Source: Cyclobacteriaceae bacterium (GTDB lineage: Bacteria > Bacteroidota > Bacteroidia > Cytophagales > Cyclobacteriaceae). From it: 64,000 nucleotides of DNA. A program made the position numbers and the translations under genes. Position 1 is the first letter of the stretch; each line of letters starts with the position of its first letter. This document shows positions 16,712 through 26,508 of the stretch, in pieces. The stretch covers positions 149,142 to 213,141 of the forward strand of contig JANNUS010000012.1 in the NCBI GenBank assembly GCA_031395485.1, in the 5' to 3' direction. The notes under the pieces were generated by a model. That model ran no database searches. It saw nothing but the letters and a program-made list of their open reading frames with translations, and was not told the DNA's origin.

Positions 16712-17122
16712 ATGATGCCATTTTCTAAACTGATTTTTAGCTACCTGCTTACTGCATTGGTTTTCTTTGCCATCGATTTACTTTGGTTAGGAGTAATTGC
16801 AAAAAACCTGTATCGTAAATACCTCGGAAATTTTCTGAGTGATCAAGTAAACTGGACCGCGGCAATTGTTTTCTATTTTCTCTTCATAATCGGTATTTAT
16901 ATTTTTGCTATTCTTCCGGCTATTGAAAAGCAGTCGCTCATGCGGGCAATTGTTATGGGAGCATTGTTTGGCTTTTTTACGTATGCCACCTATGACCTCA
17001 CGAACCTCGCAACACTTAAAAACTGGCCATTGACCATTGTTTTTATTGACATTGCTTGGGGTTCAGTATTGACTGCATTGGTGAGTGCTGCTGGTTACTC
17101 CATTGTGCGATGGATAAACTAG
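16712..17122 (+). CDS. DUF2177-family membrane protein
   Basis: MMPFSKLIFSYLLTALVFFAIDLLWLGVIAKNLY. The start is taken at the internal ATG, which avoids a long leader. Confidence 0.55.
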   Translation: MMPFSKLIFSYLLTALVFFAIDLLWLGVIAKNLYRKYLGNFLSDQVNWTAAIVFYFLFIIGIYIFAILPAIEKQSLMRAIVMGALFGFFTYATYDLTNLATLKNWPLTIVFIDIAWGSVLTALVSAAGYSIVRWIN

Positions 17123-17874
17123 TTGAATTACTTCTGCCGGTAGCATTTTTATTGTGGATATATGCCACCGGATGGTTCATTATCTCAGTTTGGTTAAAGC
17201 GTAATGATGTAGCGGATATTGCCTGGGGTTTGGGGTATTGCCTCATATGTATATTTCTATTCCTGACTAAGCCGGCCTCAACGGTAACTATAGTTGTATA
17301 CGTATTAGTTTGGGTATGGGGAATTCGATTGAGTCTTCATATCTATTTCCGTAACAGAAATAGAACTGAAGATTTCCGTTACCAACAATGGCGTAAAGCG
17401 TGGGGCAAGGCTTTCTATTGGCGATCTTACCTTCAAGTTTATCTGCTGCAAGCCTTTTTTTTGCTCATCATTATCTCGCCTGTCCTAGTGTTAACTAGCA
17501 TCGATTCATCATGGTCTGTTTTTACAACAGTAGGTTTTTTAGTGTGGCTGATTGGCTTCTATTTTCAAGCTCTAGGAGATTATCAACTTTCGGTATTCAT
17601 TAAAATCAAAAAGCCTGCTGAAATCATGCAGCAAGGATTATGGAAGTACACACGGCATCCTAACTATTTTGGTGAGATATTGATGTGGTGGGGTATTTAC
17701 ATTATTGTATTGCCGCTTCCATACGGGTATTGGTTTATCGTGAGTCCGCTCACAATTACGATTTTATTAGCATTTGTTTCGGGTGTCCCCATGCTGGAAG
17801 AAAAGTACAAGGATAACCCTGTTTATTCAGTATACAAACGATCTACTCCTGCGCTATTTCCTAAATTTTGGTGA
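17110..17874 (+). CDS. DUF1295 / steroid 5-alpha-reductase-like membrane protein
   Basis: YTRHPNYFGEILMWWG motif, multi-TM. The start at ATG 17110 overlaps the upstream stop. Confidence 0.7.
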   Translation: MDKLVELLLPVAFLLWIYATGWFIISVWLKRNDVADIAWGLGYCLICIFLFLTKPASTVTIVVYVLVWVWGIRLSLHIYFRNRNRTEDFRYQQWRKAWGKAFYWRSYLQVYLLQAFFLLIIISPVLVLTSIDSSWSVFTTVGFLVWLIGFYFQALGDYQLSVFIKIKKPAEIMQQGLWKYTRHPNYFGEILMWWGIYIIVLPLPYGYWFIVSPLTITILLAFVSGVPMLEEKYKDNPVYSVYKRSTPALFPKFW

Positions 17875-17943
17875 TCATTTTATCGCTAAAATAAACTCGC
17901 ATGATCACCTAAAATGTTGCATTTTGCAGTATAACAATTGGCT

Positions 17944-18489
17944 ATGAAATGGGTTTGTAAACTCTATCTAAAATTAATTGGATGGAAAATTGGTAGCAGA
18001 CTAGATCCATCCATAAAGAAGTGCATTTTGGTGGCTGCTCCACACACCAGCAATTACGATTATCCTATTGCCTTGGCCACGTTGTATGCCTGTGGCGTGA
18101 AGGTTCGCTTTCTGGGTAAAGACAGTCTCTTTAAGTTTCCATTAGGGATACTGATGCGGGCCACGGGGGGTATTCCAGTAGATCGTTCGAAACACACTAA
18201 TATGGTTGAGTCCATGATTAATATGTTTCAACAGCATGAAGAACTTATTCTGATGATTCCGGCAGAAGGCACCCGCGGTTATGTGAAAGAGTGGAAGTCT
18301 GGGTTTTATCATACAGCCGTAGGAGCAAAGGTACCTATTGTTTTGGGCTATCTGGATTATGGAAAGAAGGTAGCTGGTTTTGGCGACTTATTCTATCCAA
18401 CCGGAGATTATCAAAAGGACCTTATAGAAATTCAGAGTTTCTACCGTCAGTTTATTGCACGACACCCGGAAAAATCCAGTCTGAATTAA
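17944..18489 (+). CDS. 1-acyl-sn-glycerol-3-phosphate acyltransferase-family protein (PlsC-like)
   Basis: HX4D motif in AAPHTSNYD, and a PAEGTR motif. Confidence 0.7.
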   Translation: MKWVCKLYLKLIGWKIGSRLDPSIKKCILVAAPHTSNYDYPIALATLYACGVKVRFLGKDSLFKFPLGILMRATGGIPVDRSKHTNMVESMINMFQQHEELILMIPAEGTRGYVKEWKSGFYHTAVGAKVPIVLGYLDYGKKVAGFGDLFYPTGDYQKDLIEIQSFYRQFIARHPEKSSLN

Positions 18490-18506
18490 AAATACACTGA
18501 TCACAT

Positions 18507-18908
18507 TCATACAACTTTTCTAATCTTTGAAGGATGGCTAAGTTTATAGTCCGTTGTGCGATTATCAATGTTAAGATCTTTCCGAACATAACCCTTTGTG
18601 TACTCCTTCACCCTTGCTTCAAACTCCAGTGTTGAGCCGTCTGTAAGCGATGCCTTCTCAAATCCCTTTGTGAAGCTAAACCAGATGTGGTCTGCTACTA
18701 TGCGGTTACTCTCCAGATCAACTACATTTTTCAATAGAATTGTTTCTTCCGTATAGCCCTTAAAACCAACCTTCTTTCCAAGCCGAACAAAAGTAGCTTT
18801 AAACTTTTTTCGTTTCCCGTTTACGGCTTCGAGATTTTTTCTCATAATGGAAAGATAGGGGCAATTAAACTTTTCGTATAACATGAGCGAAACTTTCTCT
18901 AACTTCAC
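18507..18908 (-). CDS. Hypothetical protein
   Basis: 133-aa ORF; the real start may be the internal Met at MRKNLEAVNGKRKKF. No family named. Confidence 0.4.
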   Translation of the reverse strand: MKLEKVSLMLYEKFNCPYLSIMRKNLEAVNGKRKKFKATFVRLGKKVGFKGYTEETILLKNVVDLESNRIVADHIWFSFTKGFEKASLTDGSTLEFEARVKEYTKGYVRKDLNIDNRTTDYKLSHPSKIRKVV

Positions 18909-18938
18909 TTATTCTCCGTAACCATAGACCTACATATT

Positions 18939-19295
18939 ATGACATCTGCTTCTAAATCCATCTACTACTTTGGTTTTTACCTTGCGATTCTTTCCGTGTC
19001 GCTCATGACATACCCGAACACATTACTTGAAATGTTTCAACTTTCACCTACCAATGAAGTGTGGATTCGTGTACTCGGTGCTGTTGTTTTAGACATAGCG
19101 ATATTGTACGTATTCATGGCACCAACGAACAATGTACTTTTCATGACGCTGACGGTATACGTGCGCATGTCTATCTTATTATGGTTTATTCTTTTCGTGG
19201 TACTGGACATTGCACCAATACGCTTAATTTTATTTGGCCTTGTAGATGCAGCAGGAGCAGGGTGGACATACTTCGCACTACGGAAAAAGGAATAA
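18939..19295 (+). CDS. Small membrane protein (hypothetical)
   Basis: Four hydrophobic helices. Preferred over two overlapping ORFs with non-protein-like composition. Confidence 0.45.
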   Translation: MTSASKSIYYFGFYLAILSVSLMTYPNTLLEMFQLSPTNEVWIRVLGAVVLDIAILYVFMAPTNNVLFMTLTVYVRMSILLWFILFVVLDIAPIRLILFGLVDAAGAGWTYFALRKKE

Positions 19296-19473
19296 TAGCA
19301 ATGTTGATGTCGCAATTCGTAGAGTACGTATTGCAACTCGATTTCTACAGGGGCTCCTTCCAGGTAACCCTCCAATTTTTTTAGCATGACGAAGCATTGG
19401 TCACATCCGAGATAAAAATTTTGGTGATCATGGTTGTTCCGTGTACTTTGCGTACGATTTAAACGTATAACAC

Positions 19474-19698
19474 ATGACCAAAACGAAACTAACCATCAAT
19501 AACAACGGGTCGGTTAAAATTGAAGGAGATTTTGAAATTGTTGATGGCAGCGGTAATGCGTATGGCCTGCAAGGCCGAACAGTAGTATCGTTGTGTCGCT
19601 GTGGTCATTCAGCAAATAAGCCATTTTGTGATGGCTCACACAAAGGCAACCTCGACCACACGGCCATTGCGTTTGAATTACCACCGCGTAAAGCATAG
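19474..19698 (+). CDS. CDGSH iron-sulfur domain protein
   Basis: CRCGHSANKPFCDGSH motif. Confidence 0.8.
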   Translation: MTKTKLTINNNGSVKIEGDFEIVDGSGNAYGLQGRTVVSLCRCGHSANKPFCDGSHKGNLDHTAIAFELPPRKA

Positions 19699-19790
19699 CT
19701 GCACATTTCTCATTTGGTATGGAGCAGCAGCATAACCGTTAATCTGTGTATGCATTGAATTTCATGTAAAAAGCATATTTTTGCGCCCGC

Positions 19791-20237
19791 ATGAAAAAAA
19801 TAATTGAATCAAGAAAGCTTTTAGGGGTTGATAAATCGGTTGAATTGAAGGATTTAAAAACCATTTATCGGAATTTTATGAAGGATTGGCATCCCGATAA
19901 ATTTCAGAATGATGATAAAGTTAAGCTGGAAGCTGAAGAGAAAAGTAAAGCATTTATTGAGGCATACCATCTATTAGTAAGTGTGGCACCCGAAACCCAT
20001 GCACAACAATTAACACAATATACCGAACTAGTTAATTCATCAAGAATTATCGGTTTTCAGTATAAGGGCCAAACATTGCAAATGAATTTTGCCGATGGCA
20101 GCAGCTATGAATACTTTGGGCTTCCCAAAAACATTTATGGAAAATTGGTAAATTCTGATACCCCTGACCGCTTTGCCCGAAGGCATATTTACCATGCTTT
20201 TATTTACAGAAAACTAGCCAAGGCTGTAGAGGTCTAA
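19791..20237 (+). CDS. J-domain (DnaJ-like) protein with a C-terminal KTSC domain
   Basis: J domain LLGVDKSVELKDLKTIYRNFMKDWHPDKF. The C-terminus IIGFQYKGQTLQMNFADGSSYEYFGLPKNIY is KTSC-like. Confidence 0.7.
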   Translation: MKKIIESRKLLGVDKSVELKDLKTIYRNFMKDWHPDKFQNDDKVKLEAEEKSKAFIEAYHLLVSVAPETHAQQLTQYTELVNSSRIIGFQYKGQTLQMNFADGSSYEYFGLPKNIYGKLVNSDTPDRFARRHIYHAFIYRKLAKAVEV

Positions 20238-20375
20238 CCGGAATCAATTCCGGGCGCAATTGTTAACTATAAATTAATACGCACGATCAGCGGAAAATTT
20301 CAAATAGTCAAGCAAAATCCTATATTGTGCAGGCTCTTTCCTGACTACTCAGGTAAGGTTTTACCTTAATAGGAG

Positions 20376-21917
20376 ATGTCTTTTCAGCAAATCAATCTTA
20401 AGTATGTAAAAGGTAAACAGGTTATTAGCCTTGCGGCTATTATCCTTTCAATAGTCGGTTTCTTACTTGATGCCTTTACCTATTACGATGTTTATTCTAC
20501 AAGTCAAGTTTGGGTTCAAAGCTTAAGTATTTTAATATGCATAACAGCACTGTTATTATTTCTAGTAAATCGAAATAAATATTCTGTCTTCGCATATGGC
20601 CTTCTATCATACTCCATAATTACCAACATCTTACTGACTACAATTTACATCCGAAGTTTTAAATCCTTCGTGAATTTTACAGAAGCTAATATACTTTCCA
20701 GGGATATATTATTTATCGTTTTTTATGTTGTCTTAAGTGGTTTTATAATCGGCAGAAAACATATTATCAGTCAAGGATTAATGCTTACAGGCTTGATCTT
20801 TTATTTTATCTTTATTCTGAAGGATGTTTTTTTTATCGAAAATGCTGCCATATACCTTGTAGCGTTAACAAGTTTTATTTATTCGCTGTATTTTTTTGTA
20901 GGTACACTCAATAAGTTAATTGCCGGGTTGGAAGAATCCATTACTGTAACGGATACTTTAAAGCAAGTCGAAAGCAGAAATAAACAGACACTTATTGAAT
21001 ATCAAAATTCGCTACTTAACCTGGCAAAAGATGAATCCCTTTTTAAGAATAGCATAGATCATTTGTTTCGAAGAATTTGTTCGCTTGCTGCCGAAAGCTT
21101 AAAAACAAGCCGGGTAGGCATCTGGATACTCGAAGATGAAAACAAGAAACTTGTTCGGAAGTACCTTTACGAATTGTCGGGTGGGAATGATGAGTATATT
21201 TTTCTCGAACAAAAGGATTTCCCTCAATACTTTAAAGCCCTGGATAAACCGTTTATCATGGCTATTAATGCCTTCGAGCACCCTGACACAAAAGAATTTT
21301 CAGATGTCTATTTAAAACCATTAGCGATTCATTCCATGCTGGATTGCCCAATTGTAATGGACGGTAGAATAGTAGGGGTAATTTGCTGCGAAAATCAACA
21401 TGATTACAAGCAATGGAGCACAGAAGATGTTTTGTTCATTCAATCGTTATCGGTACATATCTCTATTTGTTATAAGAATCTTCTAATTAATGATTTATTA
21501 AATCAGGTACGCAAACAGAATGTGGAACTCATTGAAAAGGGCAATGAAATTGGAACCATGAATGAGGAGTTAAACTCACTAAATGAAGAACTATTAACAT
21601 TAAATGATTCGCTCGAGATAACTGTAAAGCGAAGAACTTCTGAATTGGAAACTCAGAATAAGCAACTTACGGAATATGCCTTTATTAATTCTCATATACT
21701 ACGGGCACCGCTAGCTAGAGTATTAGGGCTCTCACACCTGATTTCTATTGGAGCACTATCCATACAGGATAAAGAATTACTGGATGCCCTCATCCTATCC
21801 ACCAATGAACTTGACGCTATTATTAAAAAGATCAGTGACCTCCTCTACGATGGGAATAATTTAAGCCGAAGCGATATTCAAACCCTCATTGATCGGACGA
21901 TAAACAAGATCGTGTAA
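20376..21917 (+). CDS. Membrane GAF-domain sensor protein with an H-box/DHp region but no visible ATPase domain
   Basis: About 6 TM helices, a GAF-like region (RVGIWILEDENKKLV...VGVICCENQ), the coiled coil NEELNSLNEELLTLN, and the H-box FINSHILRAPLARVLGL. The ORF ends ~80 aa later without N/G1/G2 boxes. Confidence 0.65.
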   Translation: MSFQQINLKYVKGKQVISLAAIILSIVGFLLDAFTYYDVYSTSQVWVQSLSILICITALLLFLVNRNKYSVFAYGLLSYSIITNILLTTIYIRSFKSFVNFTEANILSRDILFIVFYVVLSGFIIGRKHIISQGLMLTGLIFYFIFILKDVFFIENAAIYLVALTSFIYSLYFFVGTLNKLIAGLEESITVTDTLKQVESRNKQTLIEYQNSLLNLAKDESLFKNSIDHLFRRICSLAAESLKTSRVGIWILEDENKKLVRKYLYELSGGNDEYIFLEQKDFPQYFKALDKPFIMAINAFEHPDTKEFSDVYLKPLAIHSMLDCPIVMDGRIVGVICCENQHDYKQWSTEDVLFIQSLSVHISICYKNLLINDLLNQVRKQNVELIEKGNEIGTMNEELNSLNEELLTLNDSLEITVKRRTSELETQNKQLTEYAFINSHILRAPLARVLGLSHLISIGALSIQDKELLDALILSTNELDAIIKKISDLLYDGNNLSRSDIQTLIDRTINKIV

Positions 21918-21969
21918 CCCTTCTTTATCCGGAAATTATGTAATTTTCGGTTTCAAATAGGCTTGTCAT

Positions 21970-24606
21970 TTGCGTTTACCACTTCTCATACTATTCATTC
22001 TAGTTGCGTTCAAAATTTATGGGCAGTCACCTCAGATTGATAGCCTCCAGCAACGTCTTGAAAAGGAACCTGATCCTAAGCGGAAAGTGGAGCTTCTTAA
22101 TAAGCTATCGTTTGCATTTTTTGATTTTGATATAGAAAAGGCAAATTCCACTACACTGAAATCATTACGGTTAGCGAAAGAAATTGGTGATAAAGAGGGT
22201 GAAGGATGGGCATTGGCATATCGTGGACTTTATTTTTTTCTTAGTGGAAATTTAATGGAATCGCTCACTCACTTTGAGCAGTCTCTTTCCATTGCCAATA
22301 AGGTTGACAATAAAGATCTTCAGATGTATTCACTTACTCAATTTGGAAATGTATTCCGTGATAAAGGCTCATTCGATTCAGCACTTTTCTTCTATCAAAA
22401 AGCTGAACAAAAAAGTTTGGAAAGCAAGAATGACTATTATAGTTCCAACGTTAAGATAAATCTTACCCGGTACTATCTGCTTGTTCAAAAACCGGATGAG
22501 GCGTTGAGTACAGCCAAGGAGTGTTTGAAAATTCGAGAGAATCTAAAAGACTCCCTTTTGATAGGTGATATATGGATAGTGATGGGCAATTGCTATCGCG
22601 CAAAAGATGATTATGTGGAAGCTGAGCGCTATTATCAAAAAGTATTTCCATTAACGAATCGTGACTCAATTCTTCAGGGAGAGTATCTTAAGAATATGGG
22701 CGAAATATATTTTAGAAGCGGTGATTTTCTTCGTGCAATGAAAAACTGGAATCAAGTTCTATCCTATTATAGGGGCTATCATTATAAATATGCTTTAGCA
22801 GAACTATTGTTGAGAATAGGAACCGTATTTGAACAACAAGGTTATTATGATCTTTCGGTAGAATATCTTAACAGCGCTTTGGAAATTTCAGAACAGGCCC
22901 ATTACCAATACCTCGTTGGTAAAATATATCACGAATATGCTTGGGTTTATTTCTGGATTAAAGATTATCAACTTGCTTTACTCAGTAATAAAAAGGAGGA
23001 AGATATTTTTAATAAAACAGGATCTGAACTTGAGCTAGCATCGAGCTGGGATTTACGCGGATTGATTGAACGGAGGCTTAAAAAATACGATTCATCCCTG
23101 TATTATCATAATAAAAGTCTTGCTGAACGAACACGCATTGGAAATAAAGTTGATATATCTGCAGGGCTCTTCAATATAGGAGAGTTTTACATTGACACGC
23201 AAGATTATAAACTAGCATTATCATATTTTGTAAGAAGCCTTCAGATTGACAGAGGCCTTGGAGACAATTATGGAATAAGTTTAAACTACAATCGAATTGG
23301 CAAAATATATACGCAGCTTTCTGTTTATGATTCCGCTCAATTTTATTTAGATAAGTCAATAGAGTTAGCCATACCCACCTCATCGAATGAAATATTTCGT
23401 TCGAATTTTATAGATATGGCTGGTTATTATGAGAGAATTGGTGAACCTGAAAAAGCTATTCAGTACTACAAAAAGTATTATCAACTAACGGATAGTACGT
23501 TTAGTAAAGAAACCGCTCAGTCCCTCGCAGCATACCGCACATTGTATGATGTAGAAAGGAATGAACAGGAACTTTCACTATTGAATAAGGAAAATCAGTT
23601 GGGTAAAGCGAAAGTAAAAGAACAGCGAATTATCCTGACAACGGCAATAGCGGGTGTAATCATTCTGATGGCCATGGCCGTATTCTACTATCGGTTTAGC
23701 CAGAAACAAAAGAGAATCAACCAAACCCTGGCAGAAAAGAATGATGAAATTCAGGTGCAATCAGAAGAGCTATTGGAAGCCAATACGGCTCTCTCTGAAT
23801 TAAATGTAAAAATCGCTGAACAGAAAGAAGAAATTCAGGCGCAAGCAGAAGAGCTAACCGAAAGCAATCAGACAATTGTTGGCATTAATGAAGTTTTGGA
23901 AGAAAGGATCGAAGAACGCACATCCGAGCTTAAGCAAGCCTTTAAAGAATTAGATACATTCTTCTATCGGTCTTCCCATGATTTTAGAAGGCCGCTAACA
24001 ACATTTATGGGGCTGGCGGAGGTAGCACGGGTTTTAGTAAAAGACCCAACTGCCTTAGAGTTATTTGATAAAGTAAATGAAAACGCACAAAACCTGGATA
24101 AGATGCTTCGCAAGCTCCAATCGATAAGTGATGTGGGTGCTCAGGAACATATTTATAAAGAAGTCTTTATGAAGGAAATCTTCGAAATGGAGTTGCATAA
24201 ACTAAAACCTGAATTGGATAGCCTGAAAATCAAAACAGTGCTATCTGTTAAACTTGAAGCACCCTTTTATAGCTATACTGCGCTCGTAAAAATTATCGTT
24301 CAAAACCTCCTTGAAAATAGCGTTGCATTTTGTTCTTCTACTGCTCAAGTGATTCAACTTAGTGCTTATGAAATGCTTAACGAGGTTGTGCTAGAAGTGC
24401 AGGACAATGGCCTGGGTATTGAACCTGAATATTTGGATCGGGTATTTGAAATGTATTATCGAGCCAATGAACATTCTAAAGGCAACGGACTTGGCTTATA
24501 TATTGTAAAGAAGACTGTTCAAAAATTGAACGGTCGTATTGAGCTTAAAAGCCAGGTGGGCAGCGGCACAACTGTTATGGTATACTTTCCACATAATTTG
24601 AGCTAA
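21970..24606 (+). CDS. TPR-repeat sensor histidine kinase
   Basis: Signal/TM, ~500 aa of TPR-like repeats, a TM helix and a coiled coil. H-box SSHDFRRPLTT; ATPase boxes NLLENSVAF, DNGLGIEPEY, GNGLGLYIV. TTG start in the track. Confidence 0.85.
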   Translation: MRLPLLILFILVAFKIYGQSPQIDSLQQRLEKEPDPKRKVELLNKLSFAFFDFDIEKANSTTLKSLRLAKEIGDKEGEGWALAYRGLYFFLSGNLMESLTHFEQSLSIANKVDNKDLQMYSLTQFGNVFRDKGSFDSALFFYQKAEQKSLESKNDYYSSNVKINLTRYYLLVQKPDEALSTAKECLKIRENLKDSLLIGDIWIVMGNCYRAKDDYVEAERYYQKVFPLTNRDSILQGEYLKNMGEIYFRSGDFLRAMKNWNQVLSYYRGYHYKYALAELLLRIGTVFEQQGYYDLSVEYLNSALEISEQAHYQYLVGKIYHEYAWVYFWIKDYQLALLSNKKEEDIFNKTGSELELASSWDLRGLIERRLKKYDSSLYYHNKSLAERTRIGNKVDISAGLFNIGEFYIDTQDYKLALSYFVRSLQIDRGLGDNYGISLNYNRIGKIYTQLSVYDSAQFYLDKSIELAIPTSSNEIFRSNFIDMAGYYERIGEPEKAIQYYKKYYQLTDSTFSKETAQSLAAYRTLYDVERNEQELSLLNKENQLGKAKVKEQRIILTTAIAGVIILMAMAVFYYRFSQKQKRINQTLAEKNDEIQVQSEELLEANTALSELNVKIAEQKEEIQAQAEELTESNQTIVGINEVLEERIEERTSELKQAFKELDTFFYRSSHDFRRPLTTFMGLAEVARVLVKDPTALELFDKVNENAQNLDKMLRKLQSISDVGAQEHIYKEVFMKEIFEMELHKLKPELDSLKIKTVLSVKLEAPFYSYTALVKIIVQNLLENSVAFCSSTAQVIQLSAYEMLNEVVLEVQDNGLGIEPEYLDRVFEMYYRANEHSKGNGLGLYIVKKTVQKLNGRIELKSQVGSGTTVMVYFPHNLS

Positions 24607-24657
24607 GACAAACTTGCATGTATTTTTATTACCGTAATAACCCAACTAAAAAAACCT

Positions 24658-24867
24658 ATGGAAGTAAAAGACAGTAATGGTAATATTCTTAACGATGGTG
24701 ATTCCATAACATTAATTAAGGATTTAAAGGTGAAGGGCTCATCATCAAATTTGAAACGTGGTACAGTAGTAAAAAAAATTCAACTCACCGATAATGAAGA
24801 CGAAGTTGATTGCCGCATTGGTGGCAGTAGTATTGTGCTGCGAACAGAGTTCTTGAAGAAATCCTAA
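24658..24867 (+). CDS. PhnA/YjdM C-terminal-domain protein
   Basis: DSNGNILNDGDSITLIKDLKVKGSSSNLKRGTVVKKI matches the conserved PhnA C-terminal domain. Confidence 0.75.
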   Translation: MEVKDSNGNILNDGDSITLIKDLKVKGSSSNLKRGTVVKKIQLTDNEDEVDCRIGGSSIVLRTEFLKKS

Positions 24868-25688
24868 AATAGCGAAAGCTGAACTGGCTCACGAAGCGAA
24901 GCCGTGGGTATATACGTACGATCAGGATGAATAATATAGAGCTTCGTTTCATTGTACCGCGAGGCAATCACGATCTCTACCAGGCCTGCAATTTTCTTAA
25001 AAATATTCTCTACCAGCATTGGCGAATTATTATTCTTCGACAGGTGCGATAAAAACAAATGAGACATAAAGGAAGGCCGGTATTGTAAAAATAAATCGGC
25101 AGCTTGTTCATTAGACAAATGGCCATGCCCACCCCGAATGCGATTTTTCAAATGAAGTGGGTATACGCCCTGTTCTAACATTTGCGCATCATAATTAGCT
25201 TCCAGGAATGCCGCATGGCATTGGGCGAAATGATTGTTTACATGTTCGCATGGAGCCCCAATATCGGTGAAGATACCGACCGTAATACCTTCATACGATA
25301 CGATAAAACTACATGGATCAACAGCATCGTGGAGTTTCGGAAAACCAGTTACCACAAGTTGTCCAATGCGTATTGGTTCAAACGCATGGAACGGAACAAC
25401 GAGGTGCTCCTTTAGCCGTAATCTTGCCTGCTGTTTAGTTGGGCCCGTAATGTAAACCGGAATCTGATATTTTTTTGAGAGAGAAGCGATGCCCTTGGTG
25501 TGGTCGAAATGCTCATGCGTTACAAAAATTGCGCGTACATTTTTTATGGACACGTTAAGACGCTTCATCCGCAATTCAGTTTCACGGCATGATAGCCCCC
25601 CGTCAATCAAAACGGATTCATGTTGATTCCCTACATAATAACAGTTACCGTTGCTTCCGGAGTTTAGCGAGGCGATGGATAATGACAT
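24864..25688 (-). CDS. MBL-fold metallo-hydrolase
   Basis: THEHFDH metal-binding motif and an N-terminal SGSNGNCYYV. Confidence 0.8.
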   Translation of the reverse strand: MSLSIASLNSGSNGNCYYVGNQHESVLIDGGLSCRETELRMKRLNVSIKNVRAIFVTHEHFDHTKGIASLSKKYQIPVYITGPTKQQARLRLKEHLVVPFHAFEPIRIGQLVVTGFPKLHDAVDPCSFIVSYEGITVGIFTDIGAPCEHVNNHFAQCHAAFLEANYDAQMLEQGVYPLHLKNRIRGGHGHLSNEQAADLFLQYRPSFMSHLFLSHLSKNNNSPMLVENIFKKIAGLVEIVIASRYNETKLYIIHPDRTYIPTASLREPVQLSLF

Positions 25689-25810
25689 TGCTTAAGATAT
25701 AGGCATTTACTATTCTCAAATATCCTGAAAATTTCGAGAATGCATTTCGTAACTTGCGGAAAATACTTAACTACTGGGTAGTACGTTAATAATTAAAAAT
25801 ATTCTCATTT

Positions 25811-26461
25811 ATGAGTGACACAGTTCAGGAGAAGCGTCAACAAGGGCTGGGTGAAGAAATTGCGAACAGCATAAGTCACGGAATAGGCTTTCTGTTGGCT
25901 ATTGCAATTACACCTATACTTATCATCGCGGCCATTCCAAAGGGCACAGCAGCTGTTGTAGGGGCCAGCATCTTTGGCGCCACCATGATGATCCTATACC
26001 TATCATCGACATTGTACCATGCATTTCCACAAAGCAAAACAAAAAGGGTATTCCAGATTTTTGATCACGGAGCAATTTTTTTATTAATTGCCGGCACATA
26101 CACACCCTTTACATTAACGGTGCTGCCGGGTGCGTGGGGCTGGTCGCTATTCGGAATCGTTTGGAGTCTGGCTATTTTTGGTGTCGTTTTAAAATCTGTA
26201 AGTGGCGCCAAAACCAGTAAACTATCAGTAGCACTGTATCTTGGAATGGGATGGATGGCCGTATTGGCCGTACAGCCATTGTGGAACAGCCTGCCAGCTT
26301 GGGGTCTTTTTTGGTTGGCGGCAGGTGGAGCAATGTATACTGCGGGTGTGCTCTTTTTTGTTTACGACCATCGGGTTCGTTATCACCATTTCATCTGGCA
26401 CTTGTTTGTATTAGCAGGTACCATTTGCCATGTTATTGCAATACTTGCATATGTATACTAG
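25811..26461 (+). CDS. Hemolysin III / PAQR-family membrane protein
   Basis: Seven TM helices. EEIANSISHGIG, LYHAF and HLFVLAG motifs. Confidence 0.8.
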   Translation: MSDTVQEKRQQGLGEEIANSISHGIGFLLAIAITPILIIAAIPKGTAAVVGASIFGATMMILYLSSTLYHAFPQSKTKRVFQIFDHGAIFLLIAGTYTPFTLTVLPGAWGWSLFGIVWSLAIFGVVLKSVSGAKTSKLSVALYLGMGWMAVLAVQPLWNSLPAWGLFWLAAGGAMYTAGVLFFVYDHRVRYHHFIWHLFVLAGTICHVIAILAYVY

Positions 26462-26508
26462 CGATACTTTAGATTTTACCTCTCATTAAAAAATAATAAT
26501 TTTAGCAG

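Noticed and set aside
19037-19387. 116-aa minus-strand and 107-aa plus-strand ORFs overlapping 18939-19295
   Set aside because: The 118-aa frame gives clean TM helices. The alternatives have irregular composition. Only the first ~30 codons of the minus-strand ORF lie outside the membrane-protein gene.
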